A stretch of 64,000 bases of DNA, taken from Kiritimatiellia bacterium. Lineage in GTDB: Bacteria > Verrucomicrobiota > Kiritimatiellia > RFP12 > UBA1067. The position numbers and the translations under genes were made by a program. This document shows positions 20,908 to 31,432 of the stretch, one piece after another; the stretch's first letter is position 1, and every line of letters starts with the position of its first letter. The stretch spans positions 1,024,001 through 1,088,000 of the forward strand of contig JBMNFY010000017.1 of the NCBI GenBank assembly GCA_050949565.1. Direction: 5' to 3'. Under the pieces are notes generated by a model. It worked only from the letters and a program-made list of their open reading frames with translations, ran no database searches and had not been told where the DNA came from.

Positions 20908-21056
20908 GATTTTGTGACCTCTATGCTTGTTGTACCGGAAGAGGTCAAGCGTCTGCTTGACCGGCGGCGTTAACGCTGCCCACAGAACCGGCTCGCGGCA
21001 CAAAGGGAAAAACTCCTAAATCCTAAATCCGTGCGCAGGCGCGGCGGAGCCGCGCG

Positions 21057-22058
21057 TCAGCACGGTGGCCGTCCTAGAGTCGCCTCGATGCGTTGCGCCA
21101 GCCGCCGCGCGAAATCATCCAACTTATCGCGCGTCCACGGCGTCACCACGATTTGCCGCGTATCGACAAGCAGCCGCTTGTCGCGCGCCTCGTTCTCTTC
21201 ACACGTCCAGAAGATCGGTTTGCCGAGACCGATCGCCAGCCCCGCATCGAAAAAGGCCGGTGGCGACTGACCGGTAAGATCCGCCACCACGATCGACGCA
21301 CGGCGCAGTTCCACAATCCGCTCATCCGTGATCTTGTTGGCGTATTCGCGGCTGTCGATGCGCACTGCTGCATAGCCCGCGGCTTGGAGACCCGCCGAAA
21401 GGCCCTGCGTCCAGAGCGCGTCCGCATCTTTGTCGAGCGTCAACGAGACCGCAGCCAGCGGCTGCTCCGGCTGCAAGTGCGCCGTGTCGAGCGCCGCCCA
21501 GCCGGCCGGCGTCAGGCGGTAGACCATGCCGCCACCGCCACCGCCGCGCTGAGGACGCGGCCCCCTGCCATCGCCACGCGGCGCGGACGCCACCTCTTCG
21601 ATCAGGCCGCGCTCAACGAGGTAGCGCAGGCAGAAGAGCAACTCCTGTCGGTTGGCGCAAAAGCCAACCGACAGATCATTTTGTGAGAGCGTCACGCTAT
21701 CCGCGAGCGTCCTAGAGCGTCGCCGCAGATAGCGCAACAGACTATCGCCCTTGGCCGCCACGTCGGTATCGCGCGGCACAGGCAGTTTGGCCGCCTTGTC
21801 CAGTTCCGCCCACGACTTGAAGAGATCGACCGTCACCAGCAACCGCTCGCCCAGAGTGTCCCAGGTGTTACGGCAGAGCCCCGAGAGCAGGTGCGTCGGC
21901 GGAAAAGCCGGCGGGCTGTTCATGAGCTGAGTCTCGGCCAGAGCCTGAATCTGATAGCGTCCGCAACGCTGACAGGTGATCTCGAAAGTATTGGCGCCGG
22001 CGCCCGAACGCTGTGCGTTCGGGGCGCGGCAAACCGGACAAGGCGAGCGGTTATCCAT
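21057..22058 (-). CDS. Zn-ribbon + winged-helix + nucleoside 2-deoxyribosyltransferase/TIR-like domain protein
   Basis: CPVC...CQRC; YLVERGLI...YRLTPAGW; VVADLTGQSPPAFFDAGLAIGLGKP. Confidence 0.65.
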   Translation of the reverse strand: MDNRSPCPVCRAPNAQRSGAGANTFEITCQRCGRYQIQALAETQLMNSPPAFPPTHLLSGLCRNTWDTLGERLLVTVDLFKSWAELDKAAKLPVPRDTDVAAKGDSLLRYLRRRSRTLADSVTLSQNDLSVGFCANRQELLFCLRYLVERGLIEEVASAPRGDGRGPRPQRGGGGGGMVYRLTPAGWAALDTAHLQPEQPLAAVSLTLDKDADALWTQGLSAGLQAAGYAAVRIDSREYANKITDERIVELRRASIVVADLTGQSPPAFFDAGLAIGLGKPIFWTCEENEARDKRLLVDTRQIVVTPWTRDKLDDFARRLAQRIEATLGRPPC

Positions 22059-23290
22059 TCGTCTTTTCCCGGACGGCGGGCTTGAAGGCCACCGCCATCA
22101 GCACGGCCAGGACCAGCGCCATGGACCAGTGCGATCAGATACGGGGTCGTCCACACATGCTTACCGATGTTGGGACCTTCCGTGATCACGTTCTTCTTGA
22201 GAATCCCGTCAAACACAAAGTTCGAGAGGAAGGTGCCCAGACTGAACATAATCAAGCCGATGAAGCCCTGCGCTTGGCCGCGCAGATCGGCGGGTGCCGC
22301 CGCATCCACATACATCTGGCTACCGACGATCAGCATCCCGAAGATCAGCCCATGGATCAGGATACCGGCATAGTCGCAGATCTGCAGCCCGTTCGCCGCA
22401 CCCAGATAGAACATGACGTAGCGGAAGGCCAATGCCAGCAAGCCCAGCACCATGCCCCATTTGTAGCCCGCTTTCTTCAGGACAACCGGGATCATGAGCA
22501 TGAAGACCAGTTCCAGCACCTGCCCAAGGTTCATGACCCCCGTCAGATACTCGTAACCGCGCTCCTGCAGATAGGTGCTATTGTAGACGTTGTACCACTG
22601 GAACGGCACCATCGCCAACAGGATGAGCACCGAGAACACCAAAAAGTCCGGGCGCTTGAGCAACACCAACGCGCGCAGCCCCAGCGTATCGACCACTGAC
22701 ATCTTCTCGCCCTTGGCCGGCGGCGGGGTCGGCGGCAGGAAGAGCGCCAACACACCGGCCAGCACCGCAGCGATCGCGCCGGCCGCAAAGATGTGCGGGG
22801 TGGTGTCAAACTGCGCGATACCGAAAACCTTCGTTCCGATGACACTGAAGATCGCCGACGCAACCCAGCCCAGCGTGCCGAACACGCGAATCTGCGGGAA
22901 CGCCTCGGTCGTGCTGCTCCCCATCGCGATCGTGGCGGTCAGCGACCAAGTCGGCATGTAAAACACCATCACCAGCAGCAACGTCACGAACAGTGCCCCC
23001 GGCGTCTTGACCGTGTAAGCGTAAGCCAACAATATGGCCGTCGCGAAGTTACAGATCGCCAGCACCTTTTCGCTGTTCATCAACCGGTCGACGAACATAC
23101 CGAAAATCGGCGACGCCAACGCACCGAACCCCATAATCATGCCGCACAAAAGCGGCAGGATGCTACCTTCCGGCGCCATCTTAGTGATGTACGGAAACAT
23201 CGGGATGAACCAGACCGGAAGAATCATGTACTGCAAGAACATCATCGCGCTGAGTTTAACGCGCGTTCCCATCGGCATCGAATTCGACAT
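22051..23290 (-). CDS. MFS nucleoside:H+ symporter (NupG/YegT family); apparent +1 frameshift near 22126
   Basis: LSAMMFLQY, FPQIRVFGTLGW and GQVLELVFM motifs; removing one C restores the last TM helix LVMALVLAVLMAVAFKPAVREKTNG* ending at 22051. Confidence 0.85.
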
Positions 23291-23463
23291 ACTTACTCCC
23301 TTTTTACGGCACGGGCTCACCCCGTCCGCAGGATGGCGGACACTCGGCACAGGCTCCCCTCGGAGCCTCCCGCACGTCGTCCGTTCTTCAACCACATTAG
23401 CGTGCGTCTATTATCAACACGCCCGCATTGAAATGTCAACGAAAACCGTGTATTCTTTCCTAC

Positions 23464-24114
23464 ATGAAACTGCTAATTACCGCAGGTCCGACGCGCGAGC
23501 ATCTCGACCCCGTCCGTTTTCTCAGCAACCGGTCGTCCGGCAAAATGGGCTTTGCAGTCGCCCAGGCGGCGGTCGAGCGCGGCCACACCGTCACGCTCGT
23601 CGCCGGACCAGTCACACTGCCGACCCCCGAGCAGGTCTTCCGCGTCGACGTCGTGAGCGCGCTCGACATGCTGGCGGCCGTACGCCGTCTGCTCCCCTAC
23701 CAGCACGCACTGGTCATGTGCGCGGCCGTCGCCGACTGGCGACCGAAAAGCCAGAGCGATACCAAACTCAAGAAAACCGAGGTGCCGATAGAGGTCGCGC
23801 TGGAGCCCAATCCCGACATCCTCAAAACGATGCTTCCGCTCAAGGAGGACCGGATCTTCGTGGGCTTCGCCGCCGAAACCGGCGACCCGCTGGCCGAGGC
23901 GCAACGCAAACTGACCAGCAAGGGACTCGACCTGATCGTCGCGAACGACGTGACGCGCCCCGACGCCGGCTTCGAGGTGGATACCAACCTTGTCACCTTC
24001 CTCACCCCATCCGAGCCGCCCCGCGCCCTGCCGCTGCAAAGCAAGCTCGACATCGGCCGCGCCATCGTTGACTGGCTGGAACAGCGCGAACGCGCTGCGC
24101 CGAACATCACTTGA
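23464..24114 (+). CDS. coaB: Phosphopantothenate--cysteine ligase (stand-alone CoaB domain)
   Basis: [31 protein letters not shown] and VGFAAET motifs. Confidence 0.9.
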   Translation: MKLLITAGPTREHLDPVRFLSNRSSGKMGFAVAQAAVERGHTVTLVAGPVTLPTPEQVFRVDVVSALDMLAAVRRLLPYQHALVMCAAVADWRPKSQSDTKLKKTEVPIEVALEPNPDILKTMLPLKEDRIFVGFAAETGDPLAEAQRKLTSKGLDLIVANDVTRPDAGFEVDTNLVTFLTPSEPPRALPLQSKLDIGRAIVDWLEQRERAAPNIT

Positions 24115-25537
24115 GGCTTTCCAGCATACGGAGCAACTGATCGATCATCTTGACCGATGCCTCGATCTCCAGTCGGCTGGTACCCAGCCAGGTTTCATAC
24201 CCGCCAAGTGCGTGCTGTTCCGGCGTCGGCAGATAGCCGAAATAGCCGTGCGCCAGCGAGACCGTAAAAGAGGGCTTGAACGGATTGCGCTTCTTCAGTT
24301 CCAGCCCGATCTCGCTGAACACCTCGTTGGGAAATGTCGTGATCCCGACATCGCCGATCCGAAACGCCTGCAACGCGAAGCGGGCACGCTCAGGCTGACT
24401 CTGCACGCCCATAGTACGGGCAGCGTAGATCTCTCCGAGCGTTTTGGGCTTGGCGTCCGGCTCGAGTTTGGCCAGCGTGTCTTTGGCCCACTGAAGTTGT
24501 TCCGGCGTGGGCCGACGGAAGGCCAGATCGATCTCCTCGAAAGCAGCGCCCAACGGCACCTGATCGCGCCATTCGATCGTTTGATAGGCAGCATGCACGG
24601 CTGCGGCTACATCGTACGCCACCTCACGCATGCGGGTGTACGGCGCATACCGCTCGCCCTGACGGGTGAAGTCGATGTTGTTGATGTTGCCGCTGGTACC
24701 GTTGCTCATGATCGCCAGAAACTCAGGCGACTGGCGTTCGGCGTCCAGCAACTCCCGCATGCGGGCGTCAAAGATGCCATAGTAATCGGCCGAGATATCC
24801 GCGCCACGCACACCGCCCACATAGTGCAGCGAATAGTTCGCGAACAGAGCGAGCGGCCGCCCTTCGCGCGACTGCACACCGAGAATGGCCACCTGGGGAT
24901 CGGTCGGCCCGGCCGGGCGAACCAGATCCTTGCTGCCGCGCGCCGGATTCATCTTGACCAGATCGTTGGTGTTGCCGAACGGGTTGACCGGCATCGTGCC
25001 GGGCTTGAGGAACCAGCGCCGACAGAAGACATGCTGCGGCACATCGGCGGTCGTCCAGCCGATCTTTGCCGGCTCGAGATTGTTGACCGCGCAGCGCACG
25101 GCATCGGCAACGCGGCGCGCCACAAACTGCTGGTAGGGACTCAGTTTGGCGGCGAGATCGTAGCGTTCGCCCAGCGCGCTACACGCCGAGTGCGTGTGCG
25201 TCGCAGAGACCAGCACATGCGACATCGGTATTTCCGTCGTCTCTTGAACCAGCCTGCGCGCCTCGTCGCACAGCGTGTGCGAAAGCCCCAGCAGGTCACA
25301 CACCACCAGCGCCACGCGCGTCGTCCCGCTCTCCAGCACCAGACACTTCGCCCACAGTTCATCATGTACATGCTTCGCCGGGAAAGGATGGAAGCCGCCG
25401 ATGATCGGCTCCCCCAGCGATGGCGTGATATTGCTCTTGGCAGCCCCCGCGCGGAACGGCACCTGCTCCGCAGCCTCAGCGAGCGGCGCGCATACCACGC
25501 AGACACCCGCGAACACAATCAGAAAACGCCTCAACAT
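24107..25537 (-). CDS. Neutral/alkaline ceramidase-like secreted hydrolase
   Basis: ATHTHSA, ANYSLHY, SADYYG and YLPT...GGYET motifs; signal peptide after GGAGG RBS. Confidence 0.8.
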   Translation of the reverse strand: MLRRFLIVFAGVCVVCAPLAEAAEQVPFRAGAAKSNITPSLGEPIIGGFHPFPAKHVHDELWAKCLVLESGTTRVALVVCDLLGLSHTLCDEARRLVQETTEIPMSHVLVSATHTHSACSALGERYDLAAKLSPYQQFVARRVADAVRCAVNNLEPAKIGWTTADVPQHVFCRRWFLKPGTMPVNPFGNTNDLVKMNPARGSKDLVRPAGPTDPQVAILGVQSREGRPLALFANYSLHYVGGVRGADISADYYGIFDARMRELLDAERQSPEFLAIMSNGTSGNINNIDFTRQGERYAPYTRMREVAYDVAAAVHAAYQTIEWRDQVPLGAAFEEIDLAFRRPTPEQLQWAKDTLAKLEPDAKPKTLGEIYAARTMGVQSQPERARFALQAFRIGDVGITTFPNEVFSEIGLELKKRNPFKPSFTVSLAHGYFGYLPTPEQHALGGYETWLGTSRLEIEASVKMIDQLLRMLESLK

Positions 25538-25553
25538 ACTTCCTCCCTTTTTT

Positions 25554-28124
25554 TCAGTATTCCCTTTTGCGTTTGGCGCGCAGCGCATCCGCCGCGCGGT
25601 TCAACTTGCGATTCAACTGGATCGCCTCTTGATCGGGCTCCGGCGCGGCGACAGCCTGCTGCCAGTCGCGTGTCACGGTCGTGACTTCAGGCACCGCAAT
25701 CACGCCGTCCAGCAATGCGTCCAACAGGCTCAGGGTGCAGACGCGCACCGCGTTGGATTCTACCAGAAAGAGTTCCAGATTCTCGTCATGCACCCCCGGC
25801 GGCAACGGCGGCACGCAGGCCGGACAGCCGTTTTCACAGGAGCACTCGCGGATCATCCGGCGGCAAAGCTCCAGCGTCTCCTCGATCTTTTCGAACACCT
25901 TCTCCGCATAACCAGCTCCGCCCTCCAGCCGGTCGTACAAAAAGAGCGCGCTCTCGAACGCCATATCCTCCCAAGCAGGCGGCGGCAACGGCATGAATCC
26001 CTCGGTATCCGTAACCTCGTTGGGCGTTGGATGTTGAGCGTTGAGCGCTGAGCGCTCTTCCCCGCCTTCCTCCTCGCGGTCAAGCGGCGCGAGATCGGTC
26101 TCGAGGTCGGCCGGGTCAGACATGCTCACGCTTGACGCGGCGTGACGCAGGATATAGCGCAGGCCAAAAAGCGCGGCCGGTGCGAGCCGCTTGTCGCGTT
26201 CATCCAGCGCACGGCTCCACGGCTCGGGCGCGCGCAGGGCGAAGCCCACGGTGTCGTACTCAAAGGGCGGCAATGTAATCGGTCCGTAGCCCACATTCTC
26301 TAAGGTACGCTCGCGCACTTTCTTAAAGAGCTTGGGCTGCCTATTCACATGCAACGCGCCGAAACGCAGTTCCGAGTCGTGCAATGTCTTGCGTCCTTCA
26401 TCCGTTGTCAGGTCCAGCCGACTCTCCCACTCCGATTCGGTGTAGTAATCCACCTCCACCGGCTCGACGGTACACAGCTTCTTCTCAAGGTCCAGTTCCA
26501 TGGACATGTAACGACGGCCGAGATGCTGATAGATCGCGTCTTTGTAGAGTTCGGCGCGCGCACCGATTGGGTCGATCTCGCCGATCACCTCGCCGTGGCA
26601 GACGATCTCCACGTTATAGTCGGTCATGCCGCGCAGGTTGACGCCGCGGGCTGGATAGTCGGGCAGCGCGTAGCGCCAGCAACCTTTGTACGGCTTGAGC
26701 GTGCCGTCCTCTTTAAGAATGTCGAGCGCGAAGCCGTAGGCGCGCGTATCAAAGAGCGGTTCCTCATCGCGCAACGGATGTTCGTGCGCGGCGCATGGCA
26801 GGTGCTGCAACATGATGTACGGGTTGTCGGCATGCAGCCACGCCTGTTCGATCGGCGTTCCGGTAATAAATTCGGGGTGGTTCACCAAGTATTGATCCAC
26901 CGGCGCGTCCTGCGCCACGTAGAGAATCAACGCGCGGTTGCCTTTGCGCCCGACGCGCCCGGCCTGTTGCCAGAAACTGGCCAGCGTGCCCGGATGACCA
27001 GAGAGGATACAGACGTCGAGATCGCCGATGTCGATGCCCAACTCAAGCGCGTTGGTCGAGATGATAACGGTGATGCGCCCCTCGAAAAGATCCTTCTCAA
27101 GCTGACGCCGCTCGGCCGGCAACAATCCCCCGCGATACGGTTTGACCCGCTCTTTCAACTCGGGGTGACCGTCGGTAACTGCGCGCCAGAGACGCTCCAC
27201 CCGCTGCCGCGAGCGGCAGAAGCAGATGGTGCGGACGCCGGCGGCCGCAGCGGCGCGGATCAGCGGGATCGAAACCGAAGCCGGCCCCTTGCGGAAACGC
27301 GCGGAACCGGCACTCTCCACCAGCGGCGGATTAATCAGGTAAAGATCGCGGCGCGGCCGCGGCGAACCGTCGCGGTCGATCACTGTAAACGGACGGTGGA
27401 AGAGCGCCTGGACATGCTCGCCCGGATTGCCCACCGTCGCGGAGCAGCAGACAAAGCGCGGCGACGAGCCGTGCATGGCGCAAACGCGCAACAGACGGCG
27501 GAAAACATTGGAGACGTGCGACCCAAACGCGCCACGATAGGCATGCACCTCATCTACGACAATATACTTGAGGCGTCCCAGCAGATCACTCCAGCCGCGA
27601 TGGTGATTGGGCAGGATTCCCGCATGCAGCATGTCGGGATTGGTGATCACAAAGTCCGCCCCCTTCATGATCTTGCTGCGCTCCTCGCGCGGGGTGTCGC
27701 CATCAAAGGTGCCGAGTTTGCGGGTGCCGAGCGCAGCTTTAAGCAGTGCGCCGAGCGTACCTTCCTGATCGCGTGAAAGCGCCTTGGTCGGATAGAGCAG
27801 CAACACGCCGAAGGGCGCTTCGCTTTTGCAATAATCGCTCAAGATCGGCAACAGGAAGGCCAACGTCTTGCCCGAGGCCGTACGCGAGACCAGCACCGTA
27901 TCCTTACCGGCCGCGACCGCCTCGAACGCGTCGGCCTGATGCGAATAAAGCTGCTCAATCCCGCGCTCGCGCAGCACTGCGGCGAGGCGCGGATCGAGTC
28001 CGTCGGGGAAAGGCACCCCGTCCGCCTCTTCCGCCGGCATCACCTGATGCGCGCGGATTTGGCGTTCAAACCGCGTACGCAGCACCGTTTCAACGGCATC
28101 GATATGAGAACCCACTGATTGCAT
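25554..28124 (-). CDS. DEAD/DEAH-box helicase, Hrq1/MrfA (DUF1998) family
   Basis: LYSHQ, TASGKT, YPTKAL, DEVH, SATVGNP, TNALELGIDIG, QQAGRVGR and CSCENGCPAC motifs. Confidence 0.9.
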   Translation of the reverse strand: MQSVGSHIDAVETVLRTRFERQIRAHQVMPAEEADGVPFPDGLDPRLAAVLRERGIEQLYSHQADAFEAVAAGKDTVLVSRTASGKTLAFLLPILSDYCKSEAPFGVLLLYPTKALSRDQEGTLGALLKAALGTRKLGTFDGDTPREERSKIMKGADFVITNPDMLHAGILPNHHRGWSDLLGRLKYIVVDEVHAYRGAFGSHVSNVFRRLLRVCAMHGSSPRFVCCSATVGNPGEHVQALFHRPFTVIDRDGSPRPRRDLYLINPPLVESAGSARFRKGPASVSIPLIRAAAAAGVRTICFCRSRQRVERLWRAVTDGHPELKERVKPYRGGLLPAERRQLEKDLFEGRITVIISTNALELGIDIGDLDVCILSGHPGTLASFWQQAGRVGRKGNRALILYVAQDAPVDQYLVNHPEFITGTPIEQAWLHADNPYIMLQHLPCAAHEHPLRDEEPLFDTRAYGFALDILKEDGTLKPYKGCWRYALPDYPARGVNLRGMTDYNVEIVCHGEVIGEIDPIGARAELYKDAIYQHLGRRYMSMELDLEKKLCTVEPVEVDYYTESEWESRLDLTTDEGRKTLHDSELRFGALHVNRQPKLFKKVRERTLENVGYGPITLPPFEYDTVGFALRAPEPWSRALDERDKRLAPAALFGLRYILRHAASSVSMSDPADLETDLAPLDREEEGGEERSALNAQHPTPNEVTDTEGFMPLPPPAWEDMAFESALFLYDRLEGGAGYAEKVFEKIEETLELCRRMIRECSCENGCPACVPPLPPGVHDENLELFLVESNAVRVCTLSLLDALLDGVIAVPEVTTVTRDWQQAVAAPEPDQEAIQLNRKLNRAADALRAKRKREY

Positions 28125-28180
28125 AACCACCTGATGACAATGAGTGTAACACGCCGTGCGCGGGTCGTCTACTCTGCCGC

Positions 28181-28657
28181 TTATTTCGCGGCCACCAAAA
28201 CCAGCACGATCACGCCTGCCACAAATAATCCGATTGGAACGAACCATCGGGCGGCACTCACGATCTGGCATTCGAGTCTCCCCGATGGATCGTACCAGAC
28301 TAGGACATGAGTACCGACGGCGGAGCGCTCGATTCCGTAACCGGCATCTGTCTGCTTTCGAATTTTTCGCCCAGATTGATCGGTGAATTCCACGACAGGA
28401 GTGTAGTAGACCTTATCGTCGCTGTATTCCATTTTGTGGTCGACCACCGTGGCCGGAACCAACCGCCCGATGCGGACCATCCGTACATTCTTGACTCCCA
28501 GAGTGACGCCAAGGAGAACGAATACGCCCCCTACCACGACCCCGGACAGCCAGCCGTGGCAGAGAAAACAGTCGGCGCACATAAGGGCAATGAACAGGGC
28601 GGCAACAATCATACCCCGCCAGTCAAACCCTCTGATTCTCCCCTTCCACTGCTGCAT
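28181..28657 (-). CDS. DUF3592-like membrane protein
   Basis: TM helices, ATVVD...YTPVVEF and VGTHVLVWYDP motifs; AGGAGG RBS before ATG at 28657. Confidence 0.7.
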   Translation of the reverse strand: MQQWKGRIRGFDWRGMIVAALFIALMCADCFLCHGWLSGVVVGGVFVLLGVTLGVKNVRMVRIGRLVPATVVDHKMEYSDDKVYYTPVVEFTDQSGRKIRKQTDAGYGIERSAVGTHVLVWYDPSGRLECQIVSAARWFVPIGLFVAGVIVLVLVAAK

Positions 28658-28725
28658 GTTGTCCTCCTGTCGTACAGTGTTTGCTGTCTGTGCTTGACGG
28701 TAAACGATCCACCACAGACAGCTTG

Positions 28726-28755
28726 AGTGTATGGCCCTCTCCACTTGTGTGTCAA
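28726..28755 (-). promoter_or_regulatory. Sigma70-type promoter (TTGACA-18-TACACT) for the DUF3592 gene; repeated in every 729-bp unit
   Basis: Reverse strand reads TTGACA cacaagtggagagggcca TACACT. Confidence 0.65.
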
Positions 28756-29090
28756 GATTGACCGTTGAACAGGAGACGGCTCATGGAGACACTCGCCCCC
28801 CCCTGCGGTCAAAATAAAAAAACTTGTTTCATGGGCGTCCCGCCCATGAAACACAGGAAAGATGCCCGTGCCACACCTCTGCGTCTCTGCGCCTCTGCGT
28901 TAAACGAACCCGAACCATGAAACACATGAAACTTCATGAAAAATCATGCCATGCCTTTCCGTGTGTTCAGTGTGTTCTGTGGTTAAATAAACCCGAGCAG
29001 CGCCCCCAAAAAATCTTCGTGCCCTTCGCGCCTTCGTGTGAGAAACAAAAAACGGCAAAAAACGGCACGCACTCAACGTGTTCAACGGAG

Positions 29091-29119
29091 TTGAACCGCT
29101 CCCTCTTTTAGCCTATACT
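29091..29119 (+). promoter_or_regulatory. Sigma70-type promoter (TTGAAC-17-TATACT) for tRNA-Ser; repeated in every unit
   Basis: TTGAAC cgctccctcttttagcc TATACT, 16 nt upstream of the tRNA. Confidence 0.75.
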
Positions 29120-29135
29120 AATCGGCTTCTTTTTC

Positions 29136-29223
29136 GGAGGGGTGTCTGAGTGGTTTAAAGAACCGGTCTTGAAAACCGGCGTGCCGCAAGGTACCGGGGG
29201 TTCGAATCCCTCCCCCTCCGCCA
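29136..29223 (+). tRNA. tRNA-Ser(UGA), copy 1
   Basis: GGAGGGG acceptor stem, anticodon arm ccggt-cTTGAaa-accgg, long variable arm, GTTCGAATCC T-loop, encoded CCA. Confidence 0.97.
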
Positions 29224-29864
29224 CTTCCGAATCTTCAGCGCCCGATCAATCGTCGTCGTAACCGGCCGTCGTCGTGGCGGCGATCAATGCGCGGTAGCCC
29301 TTGGCGAGTTGCTCGCACACATGATCCACGGTGAACCGGCTCAACACGCGCGCGCGCCCCGCAGCGGCAAGGGTGGCGGCGCGGGCGGGGTCGTCCAGGA
29401 GCGCCAGCGCTTCGTCGGCCATGCGCAACGGAACGATCCACCACAGACAGCTTGAGTGTATGGCCCTCTCCACTTGTGTGTCAAGATTGACCGTTGAACA
29501 GGAGACGGCTCATGGAGACACTCGCCCCCCCCTGCGGTCAAAATAAAAAAACTTGTTTCATGGGCGTCCCGCCCATGAAACACAGGAAAGATGCCCGTGC
29601 CACACCTCTGCGTCTCTGCGCCTCTGCGTTAAACGAACCCGAACCATGAAACACATGAAACTTCATGAAAAATCATGCCATGCCTTTCCGTGTGTTCAGT
29701 GTGTTCTGTGGTTAAATAAACCCGAGCAGCGCCCCCAAAAAATCTTCGTGCCCTTCGCGCCTTCGTGTGAGAAACAAAAAACGGCAAAAAACGGCACGCA
29801 CTCAACGTGTTCAACGGAGTTGAACCGCTCCCTCTTTTAGCCTATACTAATCGGCTTCTTTTTC

Positions 29865-29952
29865 GGAGGGGTGTCTGAGTGGTTTAAAGAACCGGTCTTG
29901 AAAACCGGCGTGCCGCAAGGTACCGGGGGTTCGAATCCCTCCCCCTCCGCCA
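29865..29952 (+). tRNA. tRNA-Ser(UGA), copy 2
   Basis: Identical to copy 1. Confidence 0.95.
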
Positions 29953-30593
29953 CTTCCGAATCTTCAGCGCCCGATCAATCGTCGTCGTAACCGGCCGTCG
30001 TCGTGGCGGCGATCAATGCGCGGTAGCCCTTGGCGAGTTGCTCGCACACATGATCCACGGTGAACCGGCTCAACACGCGCGCGCGCCCCGCAGCGGCAAG
30101 GGTGGCGGCGCGGGCGGGGTCGTCCAGGAGCGCCAGCGCTTCGTCGGCCATGCGCAACGGAACGATCCACCACAGACAGCTTGAGTGTATGGCCCTCTCC
30201 ACTTGTGTGTCAAGATTGACCGTTGAACAGGAGACGGCTCATGGAGACACTCGCCCCCCCCTGCGGTCAAAATAAAAAAACTTGTTTCATGGGCGTCCCG
30301 CCCATGAAACACAGGAAAGATGCCCGTGCCACACCTCTGCGTCTCTGCGCCTCTGCGTTAAACGAACCCGAACCATGAAACACATGAAACTTCATGAAAA
30401 ATCATGCCATGCCTTTCCGTGTGTTCAGTGTGTTCTGTGGTTAAATAAACCCGAGCAGCGCCCCCAAAAAATCTTCGTGCCCTTCGCGCCTTCGTGTGAG
30501 AAACAAAAAACGGCAAAAAACGGCACGCACTCAACGTGTTCAACGGAGTTGAACCGCTCCCTCTTTTAGCCTATACTAATCGGCTTCTTTTTC

Positions 30594-30681
30594 GGAGGGG
30601 TGTCTGAGTGGTTTAAAGAACCGGTCTTGAAAACCGGCGTGCCGCAAGGTACCGGGGGTTCGAATCCCTCCCCCTCCGCCA
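30594..30681 (+). tRNA. tRNA-Ser(UGA), copy 3
   Basis: Identical to copy 1. Confidence 0.95.
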
Positions 30682-31322
30682 CTTCCGAATCTTCAGCGCC
30701 CGATCAATCGTCGTCGTAACCGGCCGTCGTCGTGGCGGCGATCAATGCGCGGTAGCCCTTGGCGAGTTGCTCGCACACATGATCCACGGTGAACCGGCTC
30801 AACACGCGCGCGCGCCCCGCAGCGGCAAGGGTGGCGGCGCGGGCGGGGTCGTCCAGGAGCGCCAGCGCTTCGTCGGCCATGCGCAACGGAACGATCCACC
30901 ACAGACAGCTTGAGTGTATGGCCCTCTCCACTTGTGTGTCAAGATTGACCGTTGAACAGGAGACGGCTCATGGAGACACTCGCCCCCCCCTGCGGTCAAA
31001 ATAAAAAAACTTGTTTCATGGGCGTCCCGCCCATGAAACACAGGAAAGATGCCCGTGCCACACCTCTGCGTCTCTGCGCCTCTGCGTTAAACGAACCCGA
31101 ACCATGAAACACATGAAACTTCATGAAAAATCATGCCATGCCTTTCCGTGTGTTCAGTGTGTTCTGTGGTTAAATAAACCCGAGCAGCGCCCCCAAAAAA
31201 TCTTCGTGCCCTTCGCGCCTTCGTGTGAGAAACAAAAAACGGCAAAAAACGGCACGCACTCAACGTGTTCAACGGAGTTGAACCGCTCCCTCTTTTAGCC
31301 TATACTAATCGGCTTCTTTTTC

Positions 31323-31410
31323 GGAGGGGTGTCTGAGTGGTTTAAAGAACCGGTCTTGAAAACCGGCGTGCCGCAAGGTACCGGGGGTTCGAATCCCTCC
31401 CCCTCCGCCA
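31323..31410 (+). tRNA. tRNA-Ser(UGA), copy 4
   Basis: Identical to copy 1. Confidence 0.95.
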
Positions 31411-31432
31411 CTTCCGAATCTTCAGCGCCCGA

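Noticed and set aside
25554-28124. DISARM/Druantia-type defence helicase
   Set aside because: No methylase, DrmA/B partner or other defence genes nearby; fits a stand-alone Hrq1/MrfA repair helicase.
28824-31298. Repeated 61-95 aa ORFs in the 729-bp unit
   Set aside because: They translate intergenic repeats and promoter DNA; no RBS or domain evidence. The MERAIH start lies inside the predicted promoter.
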